Part shown: positions 20,263 to 30,172 of the stretch, one piece after another
Layout: each line of letters begins with the position of its first letter
How positions within the stretch are numbered: position 1 is the first letter of the stretch
DNA from: an uncultured delta proteobacterium
Lineage (GTDB): Bacteria; Myxococcota_A; Polyangia; Polyangiales; JAFGIB01
Length of the DNA: 64,000 nt
Reading direction: 5' to 3'
Assembly (NCBI GenBank): GCA_963778655.1
Contig: CAVZVA010000010.1
Coordinates: 1,440,001-1,504,000 of the forward strand
Notes under the pieces: generated by a model
What the model was told of the DNA's origin: nothing
What the model saw: only the letters and a program-made list of their open reading frames with translations
Databases searched by the model: none
Position numbers and translations under genes: made by a program

Positions 20263-21813
20263 TCAACCGCTGGTGAGCTCGGACAGCGGATGGGTCCCGT
20301 AGGGAGTGGTGCCATCGACACTGCCGAACGTGGTCATGTTCATGCCGAACGCCTGCATGATCGAAATGTACAGGTTGGCCAGGGGCATGTCACCGCGTCG
20401 CGCGGTCTCGACCGCGCCCGCGCCCCGATCGGGTGTGCTCGGGTAGGCGATGTGACGGCCGGTCTTGAACAGGCCGCCCGCGCTGCCGGCGACCAGCATG
20501 GGCAGGTCGTAGTGATAGTGATTGTCGCCGTCTCCGAATTCGCTGGTGAAGAGAATGATGCAGTTGTCGAGCACCGAGCTGCCGTCGGCGTCGGTCATCG
20601 CCGCCAGCTTGCCCAGCAGGTACGCGAGCTGCTCGGCGTAGAAGGTGTTGACCTTCTGGATCCCGTCGAGCTTGGTGGGATTTCCGCCGTGGTGCGAGAT
20701 CTCGTCGTGGTAGTTCGAGGAGTTGACGCCGATGAACGCGTAGTTGGTCTGGGTGTTGAGGGGGATCTCGCTCATGAAGGTGATCACGCGCGTGAGGTCG
20801 CACTGGCACGCAAAGGCGATCAAGTCGTTCATCACCTGGAGCACGTCCGGATATTGATAGACGTTCTTGGAGCGATCGCTGCCGAGATAGGTGCCGTCCT
20901 GGGGCGCCGGGATGGCCTGGCACGAGGTAGCCGCCATCGGTACGCCGGCCGTCGTCCCCGTGCCGGAGGCGTCCGGGGTCATGGCCTGCACCCGGCGCTC
21001 GAGCTCGTCGACCGAGGCCAGATAGTCGTCGAGCTTGTCTCGGTCGGACTGGCCGAGGTTCTTCTTCAGATCCGTGATGTCGCCGAGCACCAGATCGAGG
21101 ATGCTTTTCTGGTAGCGGGTGGCTTTGTCGACGCTCGCTGCCGGCGCGCCGGTCACGGCCGGGGTGGTGCTCGTGCCTGCGCTCGCGGGCATGGGCAATC
21201 CCCCGGTGGTCAGGCGATCGAACACCGCCTTGGGGTTGGTTTCCTTGGGGAGAAAGGTGGTCGGCCCGGCCCACGCCAGGTTGGTGAGATACGCGCAGCT
21301 GTAGCCGTCCTCGCAGTTGCCCGTGGCGCCCGCGTAGACGGCGCCGATCTCCAGCGAAGGCAGTCGCAGGCCGGGCACCTGCTGCTTCAACATGTTCGCG
21401 ATCACCTGGTCGACCGAAATCCCATTCTTGATGTTGTTGCCGGAGGTGAAGGTGAGCGGCATCTGCGTCAACATGGCGCCGGTGGCCCGCGCGTGGGAGC
21501 CCGCGAAGACGTCGCCGCTCACCACGCTCGCAGGGGTGTTGGCGAGCCCGCTGATCAGATTGAAGCGATCGCGGTAGGCTTCGAGCGGCTTGAGAATCGG
21601 CGTGGTCGTGTACGCGGCGCCCGTCTCCGCGGGTGTCCATGCATCCATGCGCACGCCATCGGGCAGCGTCCAGACGATGAAGCGCAACGGCTTGCCCGCG
21701 GCAGACTGCTGCGCGCGCCCGCGCGCGGGCAGCATCGCCTCGAGCCAGGGCAGCGCCAGGCACGCGCCGCTGCCGCGCAAGAACGTGCGCCGTGAAAGCC
21801 GAAAGTTCCTCAT
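20263..21813 (-). CDS. DUF1552 family Tat-exported protein
   Basis: SRRTFLRG...LPWLEAM, ISVDQVIA, GYSCAY, CDLTRV, HDEISHH, DGSSVLDN. Confidence 0.92.
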   Translation of the reverse strand: MRNFRLSRRTFLRGSGACLALPWLEAMLPARGRAQQSAAGKPLRFIVWTLPDGVRMDAWTPAETGAAYTTTPILKPLEAYRDRFNLISGLANTPASVVSGDVFAGSHARATGAMLTQMPLTFTSGNNIKNGISVDQVIANMLKQQVPGLRLPSLEIGAVYAGATGNCEDGYSCAYLTNLAWAGPTTFLPKETNPKAVFDRLTTGGLPMPASAGTSTTPAVTGAPAASVDKATRYQKSILDLVLGDITDLKKNLGQSDRDKLDDYLASVDELERRVQAMTPDASGTGTTAGVPMAATSCQAIPAPQDGTYLGSDRSKNVYQYPDVLQVMNDLIAFACQCDLTRVITFMSEIPLNTQTNYAFIGVNSSNYHDEISHHGGNPTKLDGIQKVNTFYAEQLAYLLGKLAAMTDADGSSVLDNCIILFTSEFGDGDNHYHYDLPMLVAGSAGGLFKTGRHIAYPSTPDRGAGAVETARRGDMPLANLYISIMQAFGMNMTTFGSVDGTTPYGTHPLSELTSG

Positions 21814-21880
21814 CTCGAAGGTCCTTCTCCGCAGCGCCGACGCGATCCGTCCGGCCTTGCCTTCGCACGCGGGCCCGCAG

Positions 21881-23620
21881 TCATTCTCCGACTCGCATGG
21901 TCATCAGTGGGCTCTGTGCGATCAGCGCGACCAGACGCGACAGCGTGGGCTCGCCGCTCATCAAGCGCGCCTCGATGTCGGCCAGCCCCGCCGTGTCGTC
22001 GATGTCGTCACCCGGCTGCGGGCTCAAGCGCAGGCCACGGCCCAGCGCGTAGGTGAGAAACTTGCGGACGATGCAGTCGATGAAGCGCGGGTCGCTTTTG
22101 AGCGCGTTGGCCAGGCTGATCGCGCCGTCGAAGGGGGCGTTGCTGAAGGGGACTTCCCCGCTGGCGTCGATCGCCGCCCCCAGGTCGGTGTCGCGAAAGT
22201 GGCCCACCGCATCGTAGTGCTCGAACCCGAGCCCGAGCGGATCCATGAACTGGTGGCAGCCGTTGCAAGTGGTGCCCTTGCGCCGGTGAGCCTCGAGCCG
22301 ATTGCGGGTGCTGGTCGGCATGGTCTGGTCGTTGGGCACCAGCTCGGGGATCTTGGGCGGCGGCGGCGGGATGACCACGCACAGCAGGTTTTCCGACACC
22401 CACTTGCCGCGACGCGTGGGCGAGGTGCGATCGCGCTGCGACTGCACCGTGAGAAAATTGGCTTCGGTCAGCACGCCCGCGGCCCGGGCGCTGTCGGCGG
22501 CCACCGGAAGCTTCTGCAGCGCCGTGCCCAGGGCGCTCGCATTGGGCAGGCCGTAGTGGCTGGCCAGGCGTTGATTGGCGAACATGAAGTCCGCGCCCAG
22601 CAGATCGGTGAGCGGATGGTTGCCCTTGAGCAGCTCCTCGAGGAACAGCCTGGCCTCCTCGCCCATGGCCGAGCGCAGGGCGTCGTCGAAGCTCACATCC
22701 ATGAGCGTGATCTCCTTGACCGCGAGCTCTCGCGTACCCAGCCACTCGCCGGCGAGGTTCTGCGTGAACGCGGCGGCCTTGGGGTCCTGCACCATGCGGG
22801 TGATCTGAGCCTGCAGCTCCTGCGGGTCGTGCAGCGTCTGGGCAGCCGCGCGCGCAAACAGCTCGGCGTCCGGCATGCTGCTCCACAGAAAATACGACAG
22901 GCGCGCCGCCAGCTCGTAGTCGGAGAGCGGCGCCAGCTTGCCCGGACCGGGGTCGGTCTCGGTACGGAACAAGAACTTCGGCGAGAGCAACATCGCCTGC
23001 AGCGCCATGGCGATGGCCTGCTCGAAACCGTCGCCCACCGCCGCCGCGGTCTGCAACATGCTCAGATAGGGGGCGATCTCGCTCGGCATGACCGGACGGC
23101 GGAACGCGCGCGTGGCAAAGTTGGTCAGGATTTGGCTTGCGCACGCGTCCGGGGTGCTCGCCCCCGGATCGCAGATCATGATGCGCGCCCGCACCACTGC
23201 GTTGCCGGGCGAGGCGTCCAGCGCGCTCGACACGATTGCGTCCGCCGCGAGCTGGTATTTCTCCAGCAGCAAGGGCGAGGAAGCCAGCGACTCCGCGTTG
23301 TTGTCGAAGCCCTCGACGTAGTTGTCGTCGGGAAAGCCGAACTGACTGGAAGGCTTGAGATCGAGGCCGATCAGGTCGCGGATCGTGTTGTCGTACTCGA
23401 CCTTGTTCAGGCGGTGGGCGACCACCCGCCCGGGATTGATCGGGCCGGCGCTGCCCTGCGGGATTGCCCCGGCCGGGAGCGGCGCGCCGGCGGCGCTGCC
23501 GGCAGCGCCCACTGCGGCGGCGGGGCCGGCTCCGAGCGTCGGGCGGCCGCCGTCGACCGCTGCAGTGCACGCTGCCAGCGCCAGCGAGGCTATCCAGGCA
23601 AGGGATAGGGTTACGCGCAT
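21881..23620 (-). CDS. DUF1587/1595/1592/1588/1585 lipoprotein with heme-binding motif
   Basis: RLNKVEYDNTIRDL, ELAARLSYFLWSSMPD, TSPTRRGKWV, CNGCH, DPLGLGFEHYD. Confidence 0.92.
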   Translation of the reverse strand: MRVTLSLAWIASLALAACTAAVDGGRPTLGAGPAAAVGAAGSAAGAPLPAGAIPQGSAGPINPGRVVAHRLNKVEYDNTIRDLIGLDLKPSSQFGFPDDNYVEGFDNNAESLASSPLLLEKYQLAADAIVSSALDASPGNAVVRARIMICDPGASTPDACASQILTNFATRAFRRPVMPSEIAPYLSMLQTAAAVGDGFEQAIAMALQAMLLSPKFLFRTETDPGPGKLAPLSDYELAARLSYFLWSSMPDAELFARAAAQTLHDPQELQAQITRMVQDPKAAAFTQNLAGEWLGTRELAVKEITLMDVSFDDALRSAMGEEARLFLEELLKGNHPLTDLLGADFMFANQRLASHYGLPNASALGTALQKLPVAADSARAAGVLTEANFLTVQSQRDRTSPTRRGKWVSENLLCVVIPPPPPKIPELVPNDQTMPTSTRNRLEAHRRKGTTCNGCHQFMDPLGLGFEHYDAVGHFRDTDLGAAIDASGEVPFSNAPFDGAISLANALKSDPRFIDCIVRKFLTYALGRGLRLSPQPGDDIDDTAGLADIEARLMSGEPTLSRLVALIAQSPLMTMRVGE

Positions 23621-23709
23621 CGTCCGCTCCTGTCCCCTGCATCAGTGGCGAGGAGCGGCCGAAAAGTGGTCATCCGGGCGGCGCCGGTAGGGACCCGGAC
23701 CTGCCTCAG

Positions 23710-24501
23710 CTATGCGTTCACGCTCGCCGCGGGGTCTTGGCGGTAGAAGTCCCGCAGCACGCCGTACAGCTCGGTGTGGCCTTCGCGCAGCGCTTGCGGT
23801 TGGTCGAAGAAGTGCTCGGTCGCGACCGCGAAGAACTCGCTGGGGTTGTTGCCCGCGTATGGATCGAGGAACGTGGGCTCGCCGCGCTCGATGCGGGCGC
23901 GCAGCGCTTCGTACTCGCGGGTGCATACCCGGTTCCAGCGCGCGTACTCGGCGCGGCTCGAGAGCGGCGGCGTGCCGTCGCTGTGGCCGTCGGCCATGTC
24001 GAGCTTGTGCGCGAACTCGTGGTACACGACATTGTGCCCGTGCTCGGGGTGGATGCCGCCGCGCCGCACCGCGTCCCAGGTCAAGATGACGGGACCGTGC
24101 CCGTGCGCTTCGCCGAGCACGGGCACGACTGGGTCGACGATCTGCATCGGTCCGAAGATCGACGGACCCACGCGCTTGGGGATCACCGTCGACGGGTACA
24201 CCAGGATGCTCTGCACGTTGCGGTACAATCCGCTGCGCTCCGGCTCGCCCGTGAAGCCGAGCAGCAGCAGACACGCCTGACCGGCGATCGTGACGCGGAT
24301 CTCGTCACTGAGCACGAGGCCGCCCAGCCCTTCCCAGTGCTTCTCGGCGACGAAGAGCTGAACCAACTGCTCGAGGCGAGCTCGTTCGGCAGGCGGCAGG
24401 CGGGCGTAGTGCGCCATGCGCGCGCGGAGCCATTCGCGCCAGGCCGGAGGAAACGGCCGGGCGAGGATGCGCCGGCGCCGGAAGCGTCGCCACGGGAGCA
24501 C
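23710..24501 (-). CDS. Zinc-dependent peptidase M90 (MtfA family)
   Basis: NVVYHEFAHKLD, DPYAGNNPSEFFAVATEHFF, FYRQDP. Confidence 0.92.
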   Translation of the reverse strand: MLPWRRFRRRRILARPFPPAWREWLRARMAHYARLPPAERARLEQLVQLFVAEKHWEGLGGLVLSDEIRVTIAGQACLLLLGFTGEPERSGLYRNVQSILVYPSTVIPKRVGPSIFGPMQIVDPVVPVLGEAHGHGPVILTWDAVRRGGIHPEHGHNVVYHEFAHKLDMADGHSDGTPPLSSRAEYARWNRVCTREYEALRARIERGEPTFLDPYAGNNPSEFFAVATEHFFDQPQALREGHTELYGVLRDFYRQDPAASVNA

Positions 24502-24565
24502 GAGCGCAGCATAGGCGAGATGCCCGCCGGCCGCCCGTGCGCGCCGGCCGGCGACGGCCTGCGCT

Positions 24566-25976
24566 TCAGCCGCCGCCCTGCATGCACATCGCCGATTCGT
24601 CAGGGGTGAAGGCTTCTTCCGGCTGCGGCGATTCGAGGTAGCTCTCGAGGGGCTGGCTCGGGTCGAGCAGTTGGGCGGTGAAGTCTCGCAGGTCGAGGTT
24701 GTCTTCGGCGATGTCGCTGCCCAGCCAAGGGTCGTTCAAGATGGTGGAGGTGTCGTGGTCGACCGGCGGGATCGATACACAGTGGCTGCAGTTGTCGTGT
24801 CGAAAATAGGGGATGTAGTAGGCGAGGTTCGAGCGCGTGTCGTAGGTCTTGAGCAGCGCCTGCACGTCCTGCCACCACATCGCGTGGATCTCGTCTTCAG
24901 TCGAACCCGGAAAGAACCGCTGGTACGAGTACAGCGAGTAGTTCAGGTCCATGCGGTAGAGCGTGAGGCCGATGCGGTCGTGAGGGTACAGATCTGCCAC
25001 CGCCGTGTTGAGCAGGCCGAAGTCCTGCTTCAAGTCCGCACTCGAGACCGGCAGCTTGCCGTCGAGGCTGTCGAGCAGTGGATCGAGGTTCCACACGCGG
25101 CGAATCGTCTCGTGCAGCTGCTTCGAGGGTCCGTCGCTGATGAAAGGCCGGGCCCGAGTCGTCGAGCAAGTAGCCGCACTGGACTCCGGGAAGCCCCTCG
25201 CGGATGAAGTAGTAGTTTTGTAGAGCGCCGATGCCGCCGGCGCTGCATCCGGTCACGAGCAGGCGCGGCACGGTCTTGAATGTGTCGTTGAGCCACTCGA
25301 TGACCTTGAGCACGTCGGCATGGCCGGCGTGTCGATAGACGATCGAGTCGCCCGTGTCGGGATCGGTGTAGGTCGCGACGTTGTTGCCGGTATGCACGTC
25401 TCCCGTGCAATACGACACCAACACCATGTTCCAGTCCTGCACCGGATTCTGGTCGTTCCTGCGCAACAGATTCAGGTACTGGAGGTTGCTCATGTGGTCG
25501 TCGGGAATGCCGTCCGGGTTCGCGGCGCCGCGGACTCCGCCCTTGCCGGTGCAGCTCGCATAGTCCCAGCATGCCCCGCCCGGCTCGAACATGACCACGA
25601 GGTCGTTGCTCTTGTTCGAGTAGTTGACGAAGAACTTGTACTGGCTGCCATTGCTGCAGACCGCGCCCTCCGGCTCGACCTTGATCCACTGGCCGCAGGG
25701 CGGCAGCGACGAGGCATCGGTCGCTTCGGTGGAGCAGCGGTCACTGGGCACCGGTGCGCTCGTATCGGGAACGCACGCGCTGCGGTCGGCGCCGGCGTCC
25801 TTCGAGCCCGCGTCCTTCGTCGAAGCATCGGTGTTCGCGGAGGCGCTGGTACTGTGGGCGGCGCCGCCGCCGGGGCCCGCGCTGCCGCTGCTGCAGGCTG
25901 CGATCAGGAACACGCCGCAGGCCAGCAACGGCGTGCGACGGCCGATTCTCCGCGAGGATTGCACCAGGGCGCCCAT
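24566..25976 (-). CDS. Pectinacetylesterase-family lipoprotein; +1 frameshift near 25140
   Basis: CSNGSQY, EPGGACWD, YCTGDVHTG, TGCSAGG, LDDSGP; the C-terminal half (SDGPSKQLH...WNLD...HC) is in the next frame. Confidence 0.8.
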
Positions 25977-26061
25977 GGCAAGCGCCCGACGATAGCGCAG
26001 CAGCACCACGGCCCACAATCGGCGATCGCCCGTTTGGCAAAAAGCGCACCAAGCGCAGGCC

Positions 26062-26387
26062 TTATGCCGCCGTCGCGAGCGGCAGCTCTAGGGAGTTGGC
26101 GCGACTCCCTTCGCATTGTCCGGTGAGCCGATTGAACACGAGGCCGACGCCGCAAGTGATGCCGCCGGTGCAAGATTCGCAGAGCTTGGCTGGCTGCACG
26201 CAGCTGCCGGGCGTGCCAGTGCAGCTGAGCGGGACTTCGCACCCGCCCGGCCCGTGCCCGAGGTGAAGACGATGCCGGTCTCGGTCAAGTCGCGCAGCAG
26301 GCCGCGCAACCCGCCCGAGGTCGCCAGCTGTGCGATCAGCACGGTCGTCTGCCGCACGATGCCGTCGATCAATAGTTGAGCCTGCAC
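26062..26387 (-). pseudogene. Mosaic remnant: N-terminal and internal pieces of a myxobacterial regulator-like gene joined to the C-terminus of a Cys-rich protein
   Basis: VQAQLLIDGIVRQTTVLIAQLATSGGLR|GLLRDLTETGIVFTSGTG, then in another frame CEVPLSCTGTPGSCVQPAKLCESCTGGITCGVGLVFNRLTGQCEG...TAA. Family recognition is from memory. Confidence 0.55.
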
Positions 26388-26664
26388 GGACGAAAGCTAC
26401 CCCGCGCCGGGCGCTGCAGGGAGCGACAGAAACGCCACCGGTCCCCCCTACCGGCCGCTACAGGCCGCTCCTTCCTTCAATGGTTGCGCGGATTTCTGCC
26501 GCCAGGCGGGAAGGCTGCAACCGCGAGGACCTCGCGGCGCGCAGGGCCGTTCGGGCCGATGATGCTGGGCCGTCCGCCCGCAGCCCCCCGCCGCGCAACC
26601 CCGAGACCGTCCTCGACCCGCGCGGTCGGGGTGCACGCCGGGCCTGCTTTTTGTAGGCTGCGCA

Positions 26665-28122
26665 GTGGTGAGTGTTGGGACACGGCGTCATGCGTGGTGC
26701 TGGGCGCTGCTGCTCGTTGCGAGCGCGTGCAGCGAGCCTGGGTCGGGGGACCCGTCTGCGCGCCGCGCGCAAGACGCTGCCGGCGCCGCCGCGCAAATCG
26801 CCTATACGCTGCCGGCGTTGTGCGACCGCTCCGGCGACGATCCCGTGCGCGATCTGTTTTGCAGCGATGCGGCCGCGAGCGTCACCAGCTTCGCCGAGCT
26901 CAGACGCAGGCTGCACGTTACGGCGGGCATGCTGCTCGGCCATTCCACCGCGCTCAGTGGCCGCTTCGTCTCCTCGATCAATCCGCGCGTGGTCGTGACC
27001 ACCGAGGGCGACCTCTCCCCAGGGACAACCGACTACGTGGCGCTCGCGTTCGTGCGTGGCCAGCAGCGCGTCGAGCTCGCCGCGCTCGACCGCAGCGCGA
27101 AGCGATTCGTGTTCTATCTTTTGGAGTACACCCAGGCGTGCAACGCCAGCACGGACGGCTGCAGCCCGGGCGACCTGTTCACGCCGGTGGTGGAGGCGGG
27201 CTGGACAGGGCTGCGCGTGCGCGACGACGAGGAGCTCAAGGACACGCCCGTCGATTGCCGGCGCTGTCACGGCGGAGGTCAGGGCAAGCAGCGCGTGCCG
27301 ATGTTGCTGATGCGCGAGCTCGACGGGCCGTGGATGCACTGGATGTGGTCCTCGATACCGCTGCTGGCCGACTACACACTGGCCAAGGGCAACCGCGCGC
27401 ACCCGAGCACCAAGCTGACCGAAGCCGACGGCTCCGTCACGCTGCTGAACGCCCGCAATCCCCTGATCCTCGAGACCGCGATTCACGAAGCCGAGCGCGT
27501 GCTCGGACAGCCGATTCAGCCGCTGCTGTTTCCGAGCGACGCGATTGGGGTCGAGACGCAGCAATACGTCGGCGGGCAGGAGTTCGGACCGGGAGTCGAC
27601 GACGTCGAGCTGGCGCCCAGCCCGACCTGGCAGAAGCTATACCAGGCGTACCTCGACGGAACCTCGCCGGCGCCGCCCTATCATCACGATCGCATCGCCG
27701 ATCCGGGCAAGCTCGCGGCGGCGGCCGAAGCCTATCAGCGCTTCCTCAACGGAGAGCTGGCCAGAGACGAGCTGCCGGACCTCACGCAGATCTTGCCGGA
27801 CGACCCGCAGCGCTTGGCCGAGATGAGCTTCGGCGTCGATCCGCGCGCATCGGGGCACGGGCTGCTGCTTCAGGCGTGCGGCGAGTGCCACAACCACAAC
27901 CTGGACCCGACCGTGAGCCGTGCCCGCTTCAGCGCCGATGCGACGCGCATCGATCCGGGCGAGCTGCGCACGGCGATCGAGCGCGTGCAGCTGCCGCCGG
28001 GCGATCCGATGCGGATGCCGCCCGCGGACGGGCGCATGCTCGATGACGCCACGCGCGAGAAGCTGATCGCCTATCTGGAGTCGCTCGGCCCGGCGCCCGC
28101 CGACGCCGACGCCGGCATGTGA
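26665..28122 (+). CDS. Putative di-heme c-type cytochrome lipoprotein
   Basis: Lipobox VASAC; CRRCH and CGECH motifs; C-terminal RMPP (candidate Met axial ligand). Confidence 0.75.
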   Translation: MVSVGTRRHAWCWALLLVASACSEPGSGDPSARRAQDAAGAAAQIAYTLPALCDRSGDDPVRDLFCSDAAASVTSFAELRRRLHVTAGMLLGHSTALSGRFVSSINPRVVVTTEGDLSPGTTDYVALAFVRGQQRVELAALDRSAKRFVFYLLEYTQACNASTDGCSPGDLFTPVVEAGWTGLRVRDDEELKDTPVDCRRCHGGGQGKQRVPMLLMRELDGPWMHWMWSSIPLLADYTLAKGNRAHPSTKLTEADGSVTLLNARNPLILETAIHEAERVLGQPIQPLLFPSDAIGVETQQYVGGQEFGPGVDDVELAPSPTWQKLYQAYLDGTSPAPPYHHDRIADPGKLAAAAEAYQRFLNGELARDELPDLTQILPDDPQRLAEMSFGVDPRASGHGLLLQACGECHNHNLDPTVSRARFSADATRIDPGELRTAIERVQLPPGDPMRMPPADGRMLDDATREKLIAYLESLGPAPADADAGM

Positions 28123-28185
28123 GGCAGAAACGCTGCGCGCGCGCGCTGCCAGTCAGCAACGAGCCACCGCGGTCGATGCGCGGCC

Positions 28186-29964
28186 TCAGCCCCCGGTGAT
28201 GCGCTCGCGCAACGCGTCGTCGAGCGCCTGCAGCGTGCGCTCCGCGCGCGCGTGCGCGGCCTGCAGCGGCTCGCCTGCGCCTACGGGCTCGCGCACGTCG
28301 AGGTAGAGCTTGAGCTTGGGCTCGGTGCCGCTCGGGCGGATGATGATGCGCTGGCCACCCCGCAGCTCCCACAGCAGCACGTCGCTTTGGGGCAGCTCGA
28401 CCGCGACGCTGGGGGTGCCCTGGCGTGCGCCGCTCTGCAGGTCGAGCGCGGCCTGCAGCGGCAGCCCCGCGAGCTGCTGCGGCGGCTCGGCGCGCGCGGC
28501 CGCCATCAGCGCTTCGCGGCGCTGCTGCCCGCCGGCGCCCTCCAGCCGGATCGAGATCTGCCGGCTCAGGTACACCCCGTGGCGCGCGAACAGCGCATCG
28601 AGCAGGTCGAACAGGGTGCGCTGCTCGGCCTTGAGCCGCGCGGCCAGGCACGCGGCCACCACCGCGCTGCCGATCCCGTCCTTGTCGCGCACCAGCGTGC
28701 CCACCGTGTAGCCGAGTGCCTCCTCGAAGCCCAGCACGAACCGCGCCCCACGCTCGGCCTGCAGCTGCAGCGCGCGGTTGGCGATCCATTTGAAGCCGGT
28801 CAGGGTCGGCTCCCACAGCGCGCCGTGCGCGCGCGCAATCTCGGCGATCATCGGCGTGCTCACGATCGAGCTGATCACCACGCGCGGCCCGGCGCCGCCA
28901 CCGCCGCCGCTGTGCTCGCCCTGGCCGAGCACGTGCTCGGCCAGCAGCACCCCGACGTGGTTGCCGCTGAGCATCCGCAGCGCGCCGCTGCTGTCGCGCG
29001 CCGCCAGCGCGAGGCGGTCGGCGTCCGGGTCGTTGGCCACCACCAGGTCGGCGTCCACGCGCTCGCCGAGCGCGAGCACGCGGTCCATCGCGCCTTTCTC
29101 CTCGGGGTTGGGGAAGGCCACGGTGGGGAAGTCGGGATCGGGCTCGGCCTGCTCGGCCACGCTGTGCAGCTGCTCGAAGCCCGCCTGCGCAAGCGCCGCG
29201 CGCGCGAAGCGCTCGCCCACGCCGTGCAGCGCGGTGTACGCGATGCGCAGGCTGGCGGCGTGCGGGCAGTGCCCCGGCCCCAGCGCGCGCACGCCTTGCA
29301 GGTAGTGCGCCTCGAGCATGTCGCCGAGGGTGGTTTGCAGGCCGCGCGCCAGGCGCTGCGCGGGGCCCACGCGCGGCAGCGCCACCACCGAGCGCACCGC
29401 CGCCATCGCGGCCGCGATCTGCAGGTCGTGCGGCGGGATGATCTGCGCGCCGTTCTCGAAGTACACCTTGTAGCCGTTGTCGCGCGCCGGGTTGTGGCTG
29501 GCCGTGATCATCACCCCGCCGGCTCCCCGCTGCTGCAGCACGGCGAACGCCAGCAGCGGCGTGGGCACCGGGCGCTCGAATACGTGCACCACGAAGCCGG
29601 CGCCCGCGGCCACCGCCAGCGTCTCTTCCGCGAGCTCGCGGCTCATGTGGCGACCGTCGAAGCCGACGCACAGCCCGCGCGCCTGCGCGTCAGGCACCAC
29701 CGCCAGCAGGTGCGCGCACAGCCCGGCGGTCGCACGCGCGACCACAGCGCGATTCATGCGCATCGGCCCCGCGCCCAGCTCGCCGCGCAGCCCGGCGGTG
29801 CCGAATTCGAGCGAGCCGGCGAAGCGCTCGGCCAGCTCGGCGAACGCATCGGCTTCGAGCAGCCGCTCGAGCTCGGCGCGGCACGCCGGGTCCGGGTCGT
29901 CGGCGGCGTAGGCGTGCACCCTGGCCGCAAGCGCCTGTCGGTCCAGCTGGTCTGCGTCGCTCAT
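28186..29964 (-). CDS. Phosphoglucomutase/phosphomannomutase
   Basis: FGTAGLRG, TASHNP, DPDADR, FEEALG, RPSGTEPKLKLY. Confidence 0.95.
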   Translation of the reverse strand: MSDADQLDRQALAARVHAYAADDPDPACRAELERLLEADAFAELAERFAGSLEFGTAGLRGELGAGPMRMNRAVVARATAGLCAHLLAVVPDAQARGLCVGFDGRHMSRELAEETLAVAAGAGFVVHVFERPVPTPLLAFAVLQQRGAGGVMITASHNPARDNGYKVYFENGAQIIPPHDLQIAAAMAAVRSVVALPRVGPAQRLARGLQTTLGDMLEAHYLQGVRALGPGHCPHAASLRIAYTALHGVGERFARAALAQAGFEQLHSVAEQAEPDPDFPTVAFPNPEEKGAMDRVLALGERVDADLVVANDPDADRLALAARDSSGALRMLSGNHVGVLLAEHVLGQGEHSGGGGGAGPRVVISSIVSTPMIAEIARAHGALWEPTLTGFKWIANRALQLQAERGARFVLGFEEALGYTVGTLVRDKDGIGSAVVAACLAARLKAEQRTLFDLLDALFARHGVYLSRQISIRLEGAGGQQRREALMAAARAEPPQQLAGLPLQAALDLQSGARQGTPSVAVELPQSDVLLWELRGGQRIIIRPSGTEPKLKLYLDVREPVGAGEPLQAAHARAERTLQALDDALRERITGG

Positions 29965-30043
29965 GCCCGGCAAGTTATCCGCGCGGGCGCTGGTCGCAAG
30001 CCGCCGCGAAAGTTGAAGAAGGCACGAAGCACGAATCCGTGAA

Positions 30044-30140
30044 ACAGGCAGACGGGAAGACGGGAAGTCCGGGCCGCGGGTGACGACCGCCGCGCGCCCG
30101 CCCCCTTCCGCCCAAGCAGGCATTCTTCCCGCCTTCCTGT
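30044..30140. repeat. REP-like palindrome, copy A
   Basis: ACAGGCAGACGGGAAGACGGGAAG ... CTTCCCGCCTTCCTGT in the POT-PMM intergenic space. Confidence 0.7.
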
Positions 30141-30172
30141 GCTGGTGCAGCCGCGCATCGCGACCCGCGCGC

